Positions 45,760 through 57,700 of a stretch of DNA of 64,000 nucleotides are shown piece after piece. The translations under genes were made by a program, and so were the position numbers. The notes under the pieces were generated by a model. The model did no database searches. It was not told the origin of the DNA and was given only the letters and a program-made list of their open reading frames with translations. How positions within the stretch are numbered: position 1 is the first letter of the stretch; each line of letters starts with the position of its first letter. The stretch is from Phoronis australis (taxonomy: Eukaryota > Animalia > Phoronida), in contig NMRA01000030.1 in assembly GCA_002633005.1 (NCBI GenBank), positions 962,576 through 1,026,575 on the forward strand. The letters run 5' to 3'.

Positions 45760-48700
45760 ATATATACATATACATATACATATGTATTTATGTGTATGTG
45801 TGTGTATGTGTGTGTAAATATCATATTTTTAAACTCAGCACGGTTTTGTTCGTTTGCCGGTTAAAACATATGCCACGCAATGTTAACAATCATATCTTAA
45901 TCCATTCCACCAGCTGTTACATTTGACGTCAACTGATGAAGTGTGTTCCATTTAGGAACATCCATGTTTACCTTTTCAGTGTTCTGAAATTTGAGTGGAT
46001 TGGGTTAAATGTTATTACCACAACCAGTCAATAATCTATGGAAATATGTTTAGATTGACATCGCAAGAATTCATTTTAAGTTCAGTTTTAGAGCGAAAGT
46101 ACGGTTCCATTCAGAAAAGTTTTGGTTACTTTTTGGAATTCCATATCTATGCACAACTGATGCTCCTATCTTCCAATGTGTTCAGGAAGGCTACCGTTAT
46201 TTTCCATGCCCTATGTTCCTCTGTTGATGTTTTCCCGTCTTATTATGGTACTCCTTGGAGTTGAATTCACAACAGTGAAATTGTGGCACTTCGTTGCAGT
46301 CAAACATTGGGCTGTTCAAGCAATAGTCGTTACCAATTTGAATTGAAATGTATAAAGATGCTTATATACGTATTTTGCCACACAATGTTAACATTCATAT
46401 TTTAATCGATTCAGCCAGCTGTTACATTTGACGTCAACTGATGAAGTGTGTTCAATTTAGGGACATCCATGTTGACCTTTTCAGTATTCTGAAATTTGCG
46501 TGGATTTTATTAAATGTAATTACCACAACCAGTCAATAACTTTTGTAAATACGTTGACATTGGCTTAGCTAGAATTAAGTTTTGGAACGAAACAAGGTTT
46601 TTTTCAGAAACATTTTGATTACTTTTTTGAAGTCCATATCTGTAAAAATGCTACAGCTGATTCTGTGCTGTCTCAGTGTTCTCAGGAAGGTTACCGTTAT
46701 TTCCATGCCCTATACTCCTCTGTGTTTATTTTTTCCCGTTCTGATTTTCTCCCGGCTCAAAATTCCTGAACCTGATGTTCGAACTTTCCGATTCTTGCCC
46801 GGCCCGGTGCATGCTGCTTTTATTATAATTTGTGTGCCATCCCAAATTTTCTTTGTGCCAGATAGTCAGTACTCAAAAAGTTATTTGTTAGCCATATGTT
46901 AAATATCTTAGCCAAACTTTCACACTCGCCATTTAAGAAGTATTCTGGTCATGTTTTTAAAGGTTTTATTAGATAAAATCATTTAATACCAAGAAGCAAT
47001 TGATGTACTTCAAACAATCCAGAATAGTTATTACTCGAGATTTGGAAACAAACTTCATTGAGGCTGCCTTCTCAATCTCATGCAAACTAGTCATGAATCC
47101 TTTGCCTTTTCGTAAGTCCAAAATCTTACTAAGGTAGAACAAGATGGAATATGAGGATGTTGTTTTTAAATGGTCAAACCCTTGACAAATGTTATTTTTT
47201 GTCTACTTTAAAATCACAGACGTAATTTTTCTTGAAAAATTTGGGTTTACTTTAAGTGTGTTAAATTAAAGATGCTCTCAAGTTACCAGATGACATCAGT
47301 TTTGCAATTCAACCACATATGACGATGCATAAGCTCCTTTCGATAAGGCGTAGCTCCACCAAACAAGGTCTCATGCATTTATGTATCTTAAAGACTTCGC
47401 TTCTGGATTTAGCATTTTAGTTCTTGTGCAAGACTCTCCGGTATGTCAACTGTTCACGAACGTTAAAGAAGAAAGAGGGGCTTTCGGAGGTTTTGATTTG
47501 TCTCTGTTTTAGAAAAAGACTCGCTGAGTGACGAACATCAATTGGGTACCTGGACAAAGTGGTCTGATTGGTCAAAATGTGAGAAAGACGACCTCTATCG
47601 AATTAAGAAGAGAGACTGCAGAGACTTGAGGACCGGAAAGCTGGCAGATGACTGCGTAGGACAAAATATGACAATTCAACTCTGCAACTCCACCAGAAAC
47701 GATGGTGAGCAGAATCTTCTCAATTTGCGAGAGCTTCACGAAAACATTGTGTGTGTTCTTTATCTCACTTTTTAAATTCTGCACGGTTTTGTTTTTTTTT
47801 TGCAGATGAAAACATATGCCATACAATGTTAACAATCATATCTTAATCCATTCCACCTGCCGTTACATCTGACGTCAACTGATGAAGTGTGTTCCATTTA
47901 GGAACATCCATGTTGACCTTTTCAGTATTCTGAAATTTGCGTGGATTTTATTAAATGTTATTACTACAACCAGTCAATAACTTTTGGAAATACGTTTACA
48001 TTAACATCGCAACAATTCATTTTAAGCTCAGTTTTAGAGTGAAAGTAAAGTTCCATTCAGAAATGTTTTGGTTACTATTTGGAATTCCTTATCTATGAGT
48101 ATATTCTCATCCACAGTGCCACAACTGATGCTCCTCTCTCCTAGTGTTGTCAGGAAGTCTACCGTTACTCTCGATGAACACTATTTTTCAGATAACATAA
48201 TACGGAGTTTTTAATGTTATACCTCAAGTTTGAGTGTGAAATTCATTAATTGGTATGTTAGAGATGTGCAATGTAGTGGTAAGCTGCGGTTTGAGTGCAA
48301 CAGAAGAGCACATAGTATCCGAGTGAAGCTCGACTTCACGTTACATTATGGTGAACGTTGAAGTTTATTGGTCACTATTAGGCGGATTGTTCTAAAACCC
48401 CTTGACCCCCACACCCCACGATAACCTCGAACCACGACCTCTTCGATATACGTTCCCCGACACCCTCGACCCAAGGCTCACAACCTCCTCAACTCGGTCT
48501 ACACTAATGAGCTCGACTGAATCTGAACATAGAATGAACGCTGGCTTGCAGGTCCAACGAGTCAGGCCGTGAGCTCGGCTGGCTCTTCCCTGTTTTTTGG
48601 AATTAAGAGAGTCGCATCGGCAAGTTTGAAAGACAAAAACAGAAAAAAACAACGCCGCCATATCAAATCAAGAACCTAACAACGTTACAAATGTCATTCC

Positions 48701-51700
48701 CGGCAAAGTGTAATCGTCTCGTCTCCTCTTCAGTGGATGTCAGGTTCAATCTTTTTTGGAAGAGTGCGAGGAACCGACGAATATGTAATTCATTCAGTAA
48801 CAACAGTTTGAACAAACAAACCATTATCTAAAAAGTATCTCAATAACGTTACATGGAGTATATTGTAAACGAGTATACAACAGAAAGCAACAAAAATGTT
48901 TAATTATGTTCACTCACGTTAGCGAACTCTTTCCCTAAAATTAGTAGCACAGCGCCATTGGTAGCCGCTCGTGGAACTATTTCCGTGAAAACAATAGCAC
49001 GCTCACGATTAGCTATTTCATATCATTTTCTGACGCAACGTTCTGTTTTAAACCACCAGACGTGAGCCAGAGCAGATTCGCGTGTGAGTAAGTATTATGG
49101 GAAAGTCATTCAGCGATGTAATATGATTATGAAATCTGTAAAAAATGCAACCATAAATCCATTGCCACAGGTCGTTTTTGAGGGGGTTGTGGTTCATGGG
49201 GGTTGTGGGTCGAGGGGGTCGTGGTCTAGGGGGTCATGGGTTGTGGGGGTCGAAGGGGTCACTGGGGTTTTAGAGCAATCCCTATTTGGCTACACGTAGC
49301 AATTCAACAATTCAACGTGCTCACATTGAGCGTTGCATAAACCGGTTTTCAAAACATTATTTATGAGAAATCTATAAAAGGGGCGCCTGCCTAACAGACT
49401 GGAGCATTAACAGGTGCTGTCCTGTCCCCAGTGCAAACGTATCTAATCTTGATTTTACGGAGAGGCTAAGGCGACAGCGTTGGTGTTGTTGACAGTTCCG
49501 ATGCCGATATATCGTTGTCTTCTTCATTATATTGATAAATAGTCATTGTCGTTGTCTTCTGTGCCTTCGTCCTCACAATACCTTCTTCAGTAGATTTTGT
49601 TCAGTCTTAGTGCTTTCACTTGTAGGCCTATTTAATGAAATAAAATTGGTCAAAGCATGATGCTTTGTCGCGAAGTTTGTTTTTTTCCAACGCAGGATGT
49701 GCTTGTCTCAGGTTAGTGACAACTAAAACTGATTAAAAAGTGACTTAACTGTGACTAAATAACTATCTCTGACTAGAATGTGACTTGAATGTCGGAAAAT
49801 ATGTGACAGACACAGCTCCATAATATATGTGTGAGTCTAAAATGTGTTTGTATTGATAAATTTTACTACTATGTTACTAACATATAGGTGTGACTAAATT
49901 GTTACTGATATATCTTCAACTGCTATTAAAGCCATGAGGTATAACTAAATTGAGTAAAGAAGACTTGGTTTATAGAGCAACTTAGTGAAACTAAAAAGTA
50001 CTAAAAAGACAACAGGGTTACAAGTGATGGTTCTCTACTCAACAGGGTTAAGCATGTTTAACAAGGAGTAATTAACTGGGGTAAAGAGTTAAAAATATAA
50101 TAATTTTCAGAATAATTAAGTAAAAGTGCTATTCAAAAAGGATATTTTGATAACTGGCGAACATGTCTAAAAAAATTAGACAAGGAAAATCGCCGACGGA
50201 CATCATCTTCAGTCGCGGGCGAACACCGACGGCAATTTTAGCAGCCAGAAACCCACACATTATTGGCGATGGTAGTAACAAGCAAACTATCAAGTGACAG
50301 GTAAATTCTTGAAATTTGCACACAATTGGAAAGAAAATAAATTTTTAATTTTCTGCCGGCGTCAACGGCACCTTTGGTAGGTGACAATGAAGGGAAGCCT
50401 ATTTCGTAGAACACCAATGAAGTGCTGGCGAAGTAACTCATTGATACGCAGCATTTTACTTTAAAAGTGTAATGAAGAATTTTAATCCAGCCAAATGAAT
50501 TGGTGTAAGCGACTAGCAGAGCCTGGTCGCAGGGCTGAGCAGAGCATGGCTCTACGCGCGATGAATAGTTATACCTCCGCGGACCTTGAATGCCTGAGAT
50601 TCGAAGGGATTACAAAAATACTGTGCACTGTTCCGCCAATAGAATAGTTTCCTCATGGCGATATTCAAAAGCTATGGTGAGCACCACTCTTCGTTCAACG
50701 CCTCCTGTTTAATCAGTTTATATGGATCTCGTTTGATTCTTTCTGGCTTGTTAGTCTAATTTTAAGTTGCTTTCAACACTCACTCGTTTTTATCCAATAT
50801 GGCGTCTGCCTGTGCTTGTGGCACCGATTTGTGACTCAAATGGCTTCTGAGGATATACTGTCTTTTAGTCGTGACCAGCGTTTACATCATGACTGACCCA
50901 ATCCTAGATCTTCGACTACCCAGTGGTCTGAAACTATGCTCGTGGAATGTTAGAAGTATTTATAATAAATTACCTGAAGTAGCTGTTAATATAAACAAAT
51001 GGTCCCTGGATGTTATCCGTCTCCAAGAGACATGGCTATCTTGCGACATTGCAAACGAAGAAATTGGAATTTAAGGATACAATGTGCAACGCCTAGACAG
51101 ACAAAATGGTACTCGTGACGGTGGCTTGTGCACGAATGTCAGAAGCAGCCTTGTCTACATTAGGAGACACGATCTGGAGTTAAACGATTTGGAACTGAGT
51201 TTTTAAGATGCCAGTCCTTTAATTGTTCTTAATTTCTACAAACCCCTTGCTCAGACAAACCGGCTTGAAAGATTTGGGTCTGTAGTTAACAGGTGTGCCT
51301 ATGAGGTGGTTATCGTTTGTGATTTTAATGTTGATTGTAACGATGAAATTTCAATATCCCTCAAAGTTGTGACTCAAGGTTTGAATCTCCATCAAGTGAT
51401 AATGGAACCTACACGTGTGTCAGTTTCTGCCTCATCTCATTTCATTTCTCTCGTTTATTGCGTCCCTGCGGATGGGCATGAGCTGTTTTACAACATCTCT
51501 TGTGGCGCTTTTTTATTGCCCATCTGATCAGAGATTATCATTTTTTATTTTTGTTATCTGTATTCACTATATTTACTTGTAATTCTATTCGTCACAATAA
51601 ATGACCTTATATCGCCTACCTCGGTCTTCTTTTCGTCTCTGGTAACGAGCTTGCGACGCACGTATCATTTATCCATTATTCGGGACATATGTCGATCATA

Positions 51701-54684
51701 AATGGTATTTCACTCGTTAAATATATTTATGTGAGCATGTGGACCCGTCTTACTCCTTTCCCCCTCATTTTTTGTGTAGGACTACACGTCGTTTTCCCAG
51801 CCTTCGTATTGGTCTGTTGTTATCTCGTGCCTTGAGTTTGGTCAGCTCTTGGCTCTCATAGGCTGATGATTGTCACGTGTCCTTAGGCGTTTTCTTTGCT
51901 ATTGCAATCTCGTTTTCAGTTCACCTTTGTTCCGGCCACATTGTCGTACGTTCCAAAACTTATTAATTTTTTCCCACCCTCTACCACCCCGTTTTCGTTC
52001 TTTCGTATTTCCATGTGGCCTGCGCTTTTTTATTGCCCATCGTACCAGAGATTATCGTTTTTTATTTTTATTATCTGTATTCACTATATTTACTTGTAAT
52101 TCTATTCGTCATAATAAATGACCTTATATCGCCTACCTCGGTCTCCTTTTCATCTCTGGTAACGAGCTTGCGACGCACGTATCCATTATTCGGGACATAT
52201 GTCGATCATACATGTTTTTGCTCCGGAGTTTGTGAGATCAGTAAAAGTGGTGAAAATGGGTTAAGCGAAGTATGCATAGTCCGGAAAGGCATTTTGGCAC
52301 CAAATTTCATCATGAGTGTGTGACCTATAGGTCGCTTAAAAACTTTGATGACCAGGCCTTCAAATCGGATCTTGCTTTTGCTCCCTGGTCGATCATCGAA
52401 GCCTACGATGACGTTGATGATGCTATTGATGCATGGTACAAGGTATTTAACAGTATCTTAGATGACCATGCTCCATGGAAAACTAGGCGTGTGAAGAGAT
52501 TACGTCAACCAGAATGGTTCAGTCATGACATTTTTGAAGCTATAAAGCTCAGGGACAGTTTACGTAAGTGCGGCAATTATGAGGGCTACAAATCAGAGCG
52601 AAATCGTGTTGTAACAATAATTAGAAAGGCAAAGAGTGACTATTACTCTTCACTGATCAGTAGCAATCTCAAAAATCCCAAAATGTTATGGAAAGTCATC
52701 AGACAAGTTGCTCCTAAAGAAAAATCCTCATCACTTGCCATGCTAAGGATTGATGAGAACTGTGTTCATGACAAAATTCAGATTGCCAATAATTTTAACA
52801 AATTTTTTACTGACATAGCTAGCAAACTTACTCGTGATCTTAAAGATACAAATTCCACTTATAACGATTTGATTGACTTTGTTAGTTTCAGAATGGAAAG
52901 TGGCATAGGTTATGCTATTCTTCTGGTAAATATGGAAATTGTTAACAAGTTTTTAAACGGTCTAAATATAAATAAAGCCACTGGTATGGATGGTGTAAGT
53001 TCCAAATTATTGAAACTAGCTCATGATGAGCTGACACCATCCATGATTACCTATCTTTTAAACCATAGCATTAAAACTTCCAAGTTTGTGGAAACTTCCA
53101 AAAGTATCTCCTTTAAACAAAGGCGGTGCTACTGACAATGTAAACAATTACAAACCAATTTCAATTTTGCCGGTCTTATCTAAGTTGTTGAAGAAACATG
53201 TTCACAATACCCTTTATTCATTTTTGACTGAGCATGACTTAATAGTTGCTTCTCAATCCGGTTTCTTAAGTGACCACTCCTGTGAAACTGCCCTCTTTAA
53301 TATTGTTAACGGCTGGGCTCAGGGTGTGGATAATGGTCACAACGTTGGTGTAATATTTTTGAATTTTCAAAAAGCTTTTGATCTTGTTGATCACAGTATA
53401 CTTGTAAGCAAACTGTTAATGTACAAGGTAGGCAAGGTTTCGCTAGACTGGCTTCAATTATATCTCTCAGAGAGGTGCCAGGTTGTATCCCTTGGTGGAC
53501 ATCTGTCTGAGTCCCGAGTTATCACACACGGTGTTCCCTAGGGATCCATCCTGGGACCTTTGCTGTTTTTACTTTTTATAAATGATCTCTCTTTACTCTT
53601 CGAAGACACGGTTGACATGTACGCAGATGATACTACTTTGTCTGTTGTGGCAAACTTGCTGATCGCTGTAAAGATCAGACTCCAGTCTGATTTGGATAAA
53701 TTTGCTACCTGGTGTGTTGATAACAAAATGGTAATTAATGCTAAAAAAACAAAATGTTCGAGTATTGCCTAGAAGCAACGGCATAGTAGAAGTAACCTTG
53801 AACTTAATCTTCCTATTTCCGATTTACGGCTCAAACAGGTTGACAATGAAAAGTTATTGGGTATTACTGCAGACAAGACCCTCACCTGGTCTAGCCATAT
53901 TAGTGGGACTGTGTCCAAAATTAGACAGCGTCTTGGTCTTCTCCGGCGTATATCACCATTTCTTCCCACAGAAGGGTGTCTGCAATATTTCAGCGCTTGT
54001 ATATTCCCTCTGTTCGTTTATTGTAGTACGGTGTGGTCAGGATGCAATGCAAAGTTGGTTTCCTCTTTATTGAAGGCTCAGAAGCAGGCGGCCAGACTTG
54101 TTCTAGGTGTACCTTTTGACACACTATCAACTCATATGTTTAATAGACTGGGGTGGCTCCCTATTGACAAATATTTTATATATATATAGGTGTTTGTGTA
54201 TGATGCATAAGTGTTTTCAAAGTAATGTACCAACTTATTTATCTCGTAACCTCGTACTTGTCGAAATAGCCACCACACCAGGACAAGATTTTCTACCTCA
54301 AACAATTTGGTTTTGCCTAAACAGAATTTCGTTTTATTCTAAGTCCTTCTTTATTCAGACAATTCAACAGTGGAACAATTTGCCAAATAGTCTAAAGGAG
54401 GCTGACCTTATGATAATTTCAGACACTAACTTATTAGTTACCTAAGGTCGTCATAGCTGATCCTCCTTTTTGTCACTCCCATGAAGTATATACCATAAAA
54501 AGTTTTTATTTATTTATTTATTTTCAATTCAGCCTTTAAATCCAATTTGTAAATACTGTATAATTTAATGTAACTTAATTTAATCTGTTTATCTATCTTA
54601 ATTTATTTAACTGAACTTTTGCAGCAGAGGATCATGCTGGACATTAGTTTTATATCTATTGTATTTTATCTTCTATAAATAAGG

Positions 54685-54735
<51 letters not shown>

Positions 54736-57700
54736 GTGTTTTAAATCCTTTATTCGCGTAACTTCTAATTTCAGAGACATTAATTGAAAATTTTTGTAAC
54801 ATTTGTCTAATAAATAGAATTTAAAGTCAGTTTAGCAAGTGATGTTTTTTGCGGCGAAAATGACGCATGACACTCTCAAGGAAACGTCATTTGACAGCAA
54901 AAATTAAGCGCAATGTTTTGAGAAAATTTTTAGTGAAAATCACCGGCAGACAGGTCGACTTTCGTCTGGTGCAATTTGTACGCAACACGGTTCTCATGAA
55001 AACTTTGAGCTCTACCTTTGGCCGAAATCGGAGACTATCTGGTTTTTTACATTCCGTTCTCGTTGTGGCTTACCGTTTTTGAGTTATTTGAAATTTTCAG
55101 AAGTTTGCTGTTTCGTTGATTGTTCCTTGTGTCACATCTCCGTCATCTCTTCCCAGACCAGAAGTTAGTTTTGGTTGTGTTTTGATATCAGCAACGTCAA
55201 CAATAGCGGCTTCGTAGCGTGGGTGGCGCAGCACTTAAAAAAGTGGGGCTACAGCCCCCAGCCCCGGCTGTGGTGCACCGGCCATTGACCATGCGCGGCG
55301 GAGCACTGAAAAAAGTGAGGCTATAGCCCCCAAACCCTATGGTGCGCCGCCCATGCGTAGTTGTGAGTGAGTTACTATTGACATGTGTAGGTAACGCTGT
55401 TGACGTCTTCGTTGGTGTAGTTGTCGATGTTGCTGGAGGTAATGTCGGAGTTGTTGACGCTGTCGGCGGCGATGTTGTGATATCCGAGATTCATGTATCT
55501 ATCTATGTATCGCAGCCTTTGTCGTCACTTTTACTCAATTTCATTCGTTTTCCTAGGTGTCGCTGCGTTTGAGCACTTTCATTTAAATTCTTGTACATAT
55601 AATAAAAACAGTTCGTGACCTGTGCTGAACAATCTTTTCAATTTGACTGATTTTGACTGATGTCTGTGGAAATTTCCCAGCGTGTTGAAACATCTGAAAG
55701 AATAAGCTTAATATTCAGTTTTCAGTGCCTGGACACCATGGTCTGAGTGGACAAACTGTAGTAAAAATTGCGGTACCGAATACAAAGTCAGAGTTAGACA
55801 ATGCAGAGATGTGAAATTCGGAAATGTGTCAACCGACTGTACAGGAACAAGACTAGGAATAAGACACTGCAGCATACCGCCCTGTGAAACTTGTATGTTA
55901 CATAGCATTGATTTCCTTCGATTCACCACTTTCATATTGATCGTCAGATAGTGTGACGAAAACCGCGACGGCAGTTTCCTCAATTCATTTCAGATAACCA
56001 AAATACACAGTCATATAATGGCACGAAACATCAGAGTATATGAAAGTTTTCAAAATTGTCTGTCTTGTCTAGATTAAATGGGTCTTTGTACTGTCATAAC
56101 AACATCTTCGTGAACGTTAGGTCAGCGAAGTTTAATGAAATTGTAAATCCGACATCATATTTAAAATCAAGCCTACTTACATTTCGGCCCTCATTTCTCC
56201 AGTCATCTTTAAAGTCCTTCTTGCAAACTGCCCATGTGGTTCCAGTATCCGAAAATACTTACTACATAAATTTTTATTTTCGACACCCTTTCTTTATATT
56301 CTTTTCACCTTTCTTGCCAAGAGCGATTTTTTAACAGTATTTGACCCTTCTCTCTGAGCGTATGATTACCGGTTGTCATCGGTTATTTCCGTACCCACAT
56401 TTCCGGCTCATCAGTTCAGGAACTTGTCCTGAACGCCGCCATTTTTTCCTTGTAACTGAATGTGCTATGGCTTGCTCGAAAAGTCTTCATTATTTTGTTT
56501 TATTAGTAATATATCGTGATTCGTTTGCATATGTAGTGTATTTATAGTTTGTAGTTAGTGGTCGTTGATTTTTTTGGAATGTTACGCGTACTTAGTATGT
56601 TAAAATAGCATTGGTGTTTAGTTCCTTACGTAGGCCGGTCGAACCTAGGAACCAATATGGGTCGAACCAATTTTTTTTCGGTTTTATTTTTTTCCTCGTT
56701 TTGAAAAAGTACTTTGCTATCATCGGAAAGGTAGTACATTCTACTCAGTAAAAATCGAAAAAGTATCAAAATCGGGGCAAGCACTGTAAAGTTATTGCAA
56801 GTTTTGTGGCGAAATTTGGGTCACTTTGTTTGGATCGCGTCGGCCATTTTGGAGGACAGCGGGATGAGTTACGAGTTTAAAACTTTGTGTAAATTGTTTT
56901 CGCCAACAAATTACGGTGAAATTTAGTTAGACATATCTTTACTTACTATTCTGCACGATTTAGCAGTGTTCACCAAATTTCAGCCTCGCAGTTGTTACTC
57001 ACTAAGTGATAAATGTGCTCACAAATCCCGTTGGACTTCGTCTCATTTCTGGCGGCACTTACAATGTCGACTCTTGCTGAACTGAACGGCATGTTCAATC
57101 GGCTACTTTGTAATTTGTGAAGATTTAATGTTGATACATTTTGACAAACGTTGCTACAAAAAAGAAACTTTGTTCAATTTTCGTGTTTTTGTGTTTGTGG
57201 CCAGCGACCAGTTAGGCCTTAGGGTAGTCTTGGCGCAAAGCTATATAGGCCTACTAACAAGCTGTATTTTGACTAACTAAGGTCTGCCGCGGCAGTGTGA
57301 CACAGGACTAACCAGCCCGTAATTTCATGCTGAAACTGCCCTTGAATATATGCAGCATTTATCATTTGACCATTTCACTTCGACAAAACAGCTTGCAACC
57401 GCATGCATTTACCGTTCGCCAGTGTCTGGTCTCGATCCGCACCGGGTCCGATAGGCTGCGGTCCCGAGTCTGGCAAAAATAATTTCTGTCAAAATTTATT
57501 CGCCACATTTCTTCAGCAAATTCCATAAAATTTTCCGTAGTTTGATTTTATCAAAATTAAGGCGCGCTGTCGATTTTTTTGTCCCCGTTTGCTGGCTGGT
57601 AACAGTACAGGCACTGCTCCAGTCGCACTGACGGCGTTTTCTCGGTCTGGGTTCCTGAATGAATTGTACTTCCGGGTTCGCGGCAAGTTCAAAATGGCGG

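Larger units (their letters stand above)
24380..48170 (+). repeat. Tandem segmental array of ~3.5-kb exon-bearing cassettes (~7 units, first and last partial)
   Basis: T exons start at 26110, 29851, 33332, 36839, 40353, 43831, 47513 (spacing 3478-3741 bp); intronic sequence is homologous between units. Confidence 0.95.
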
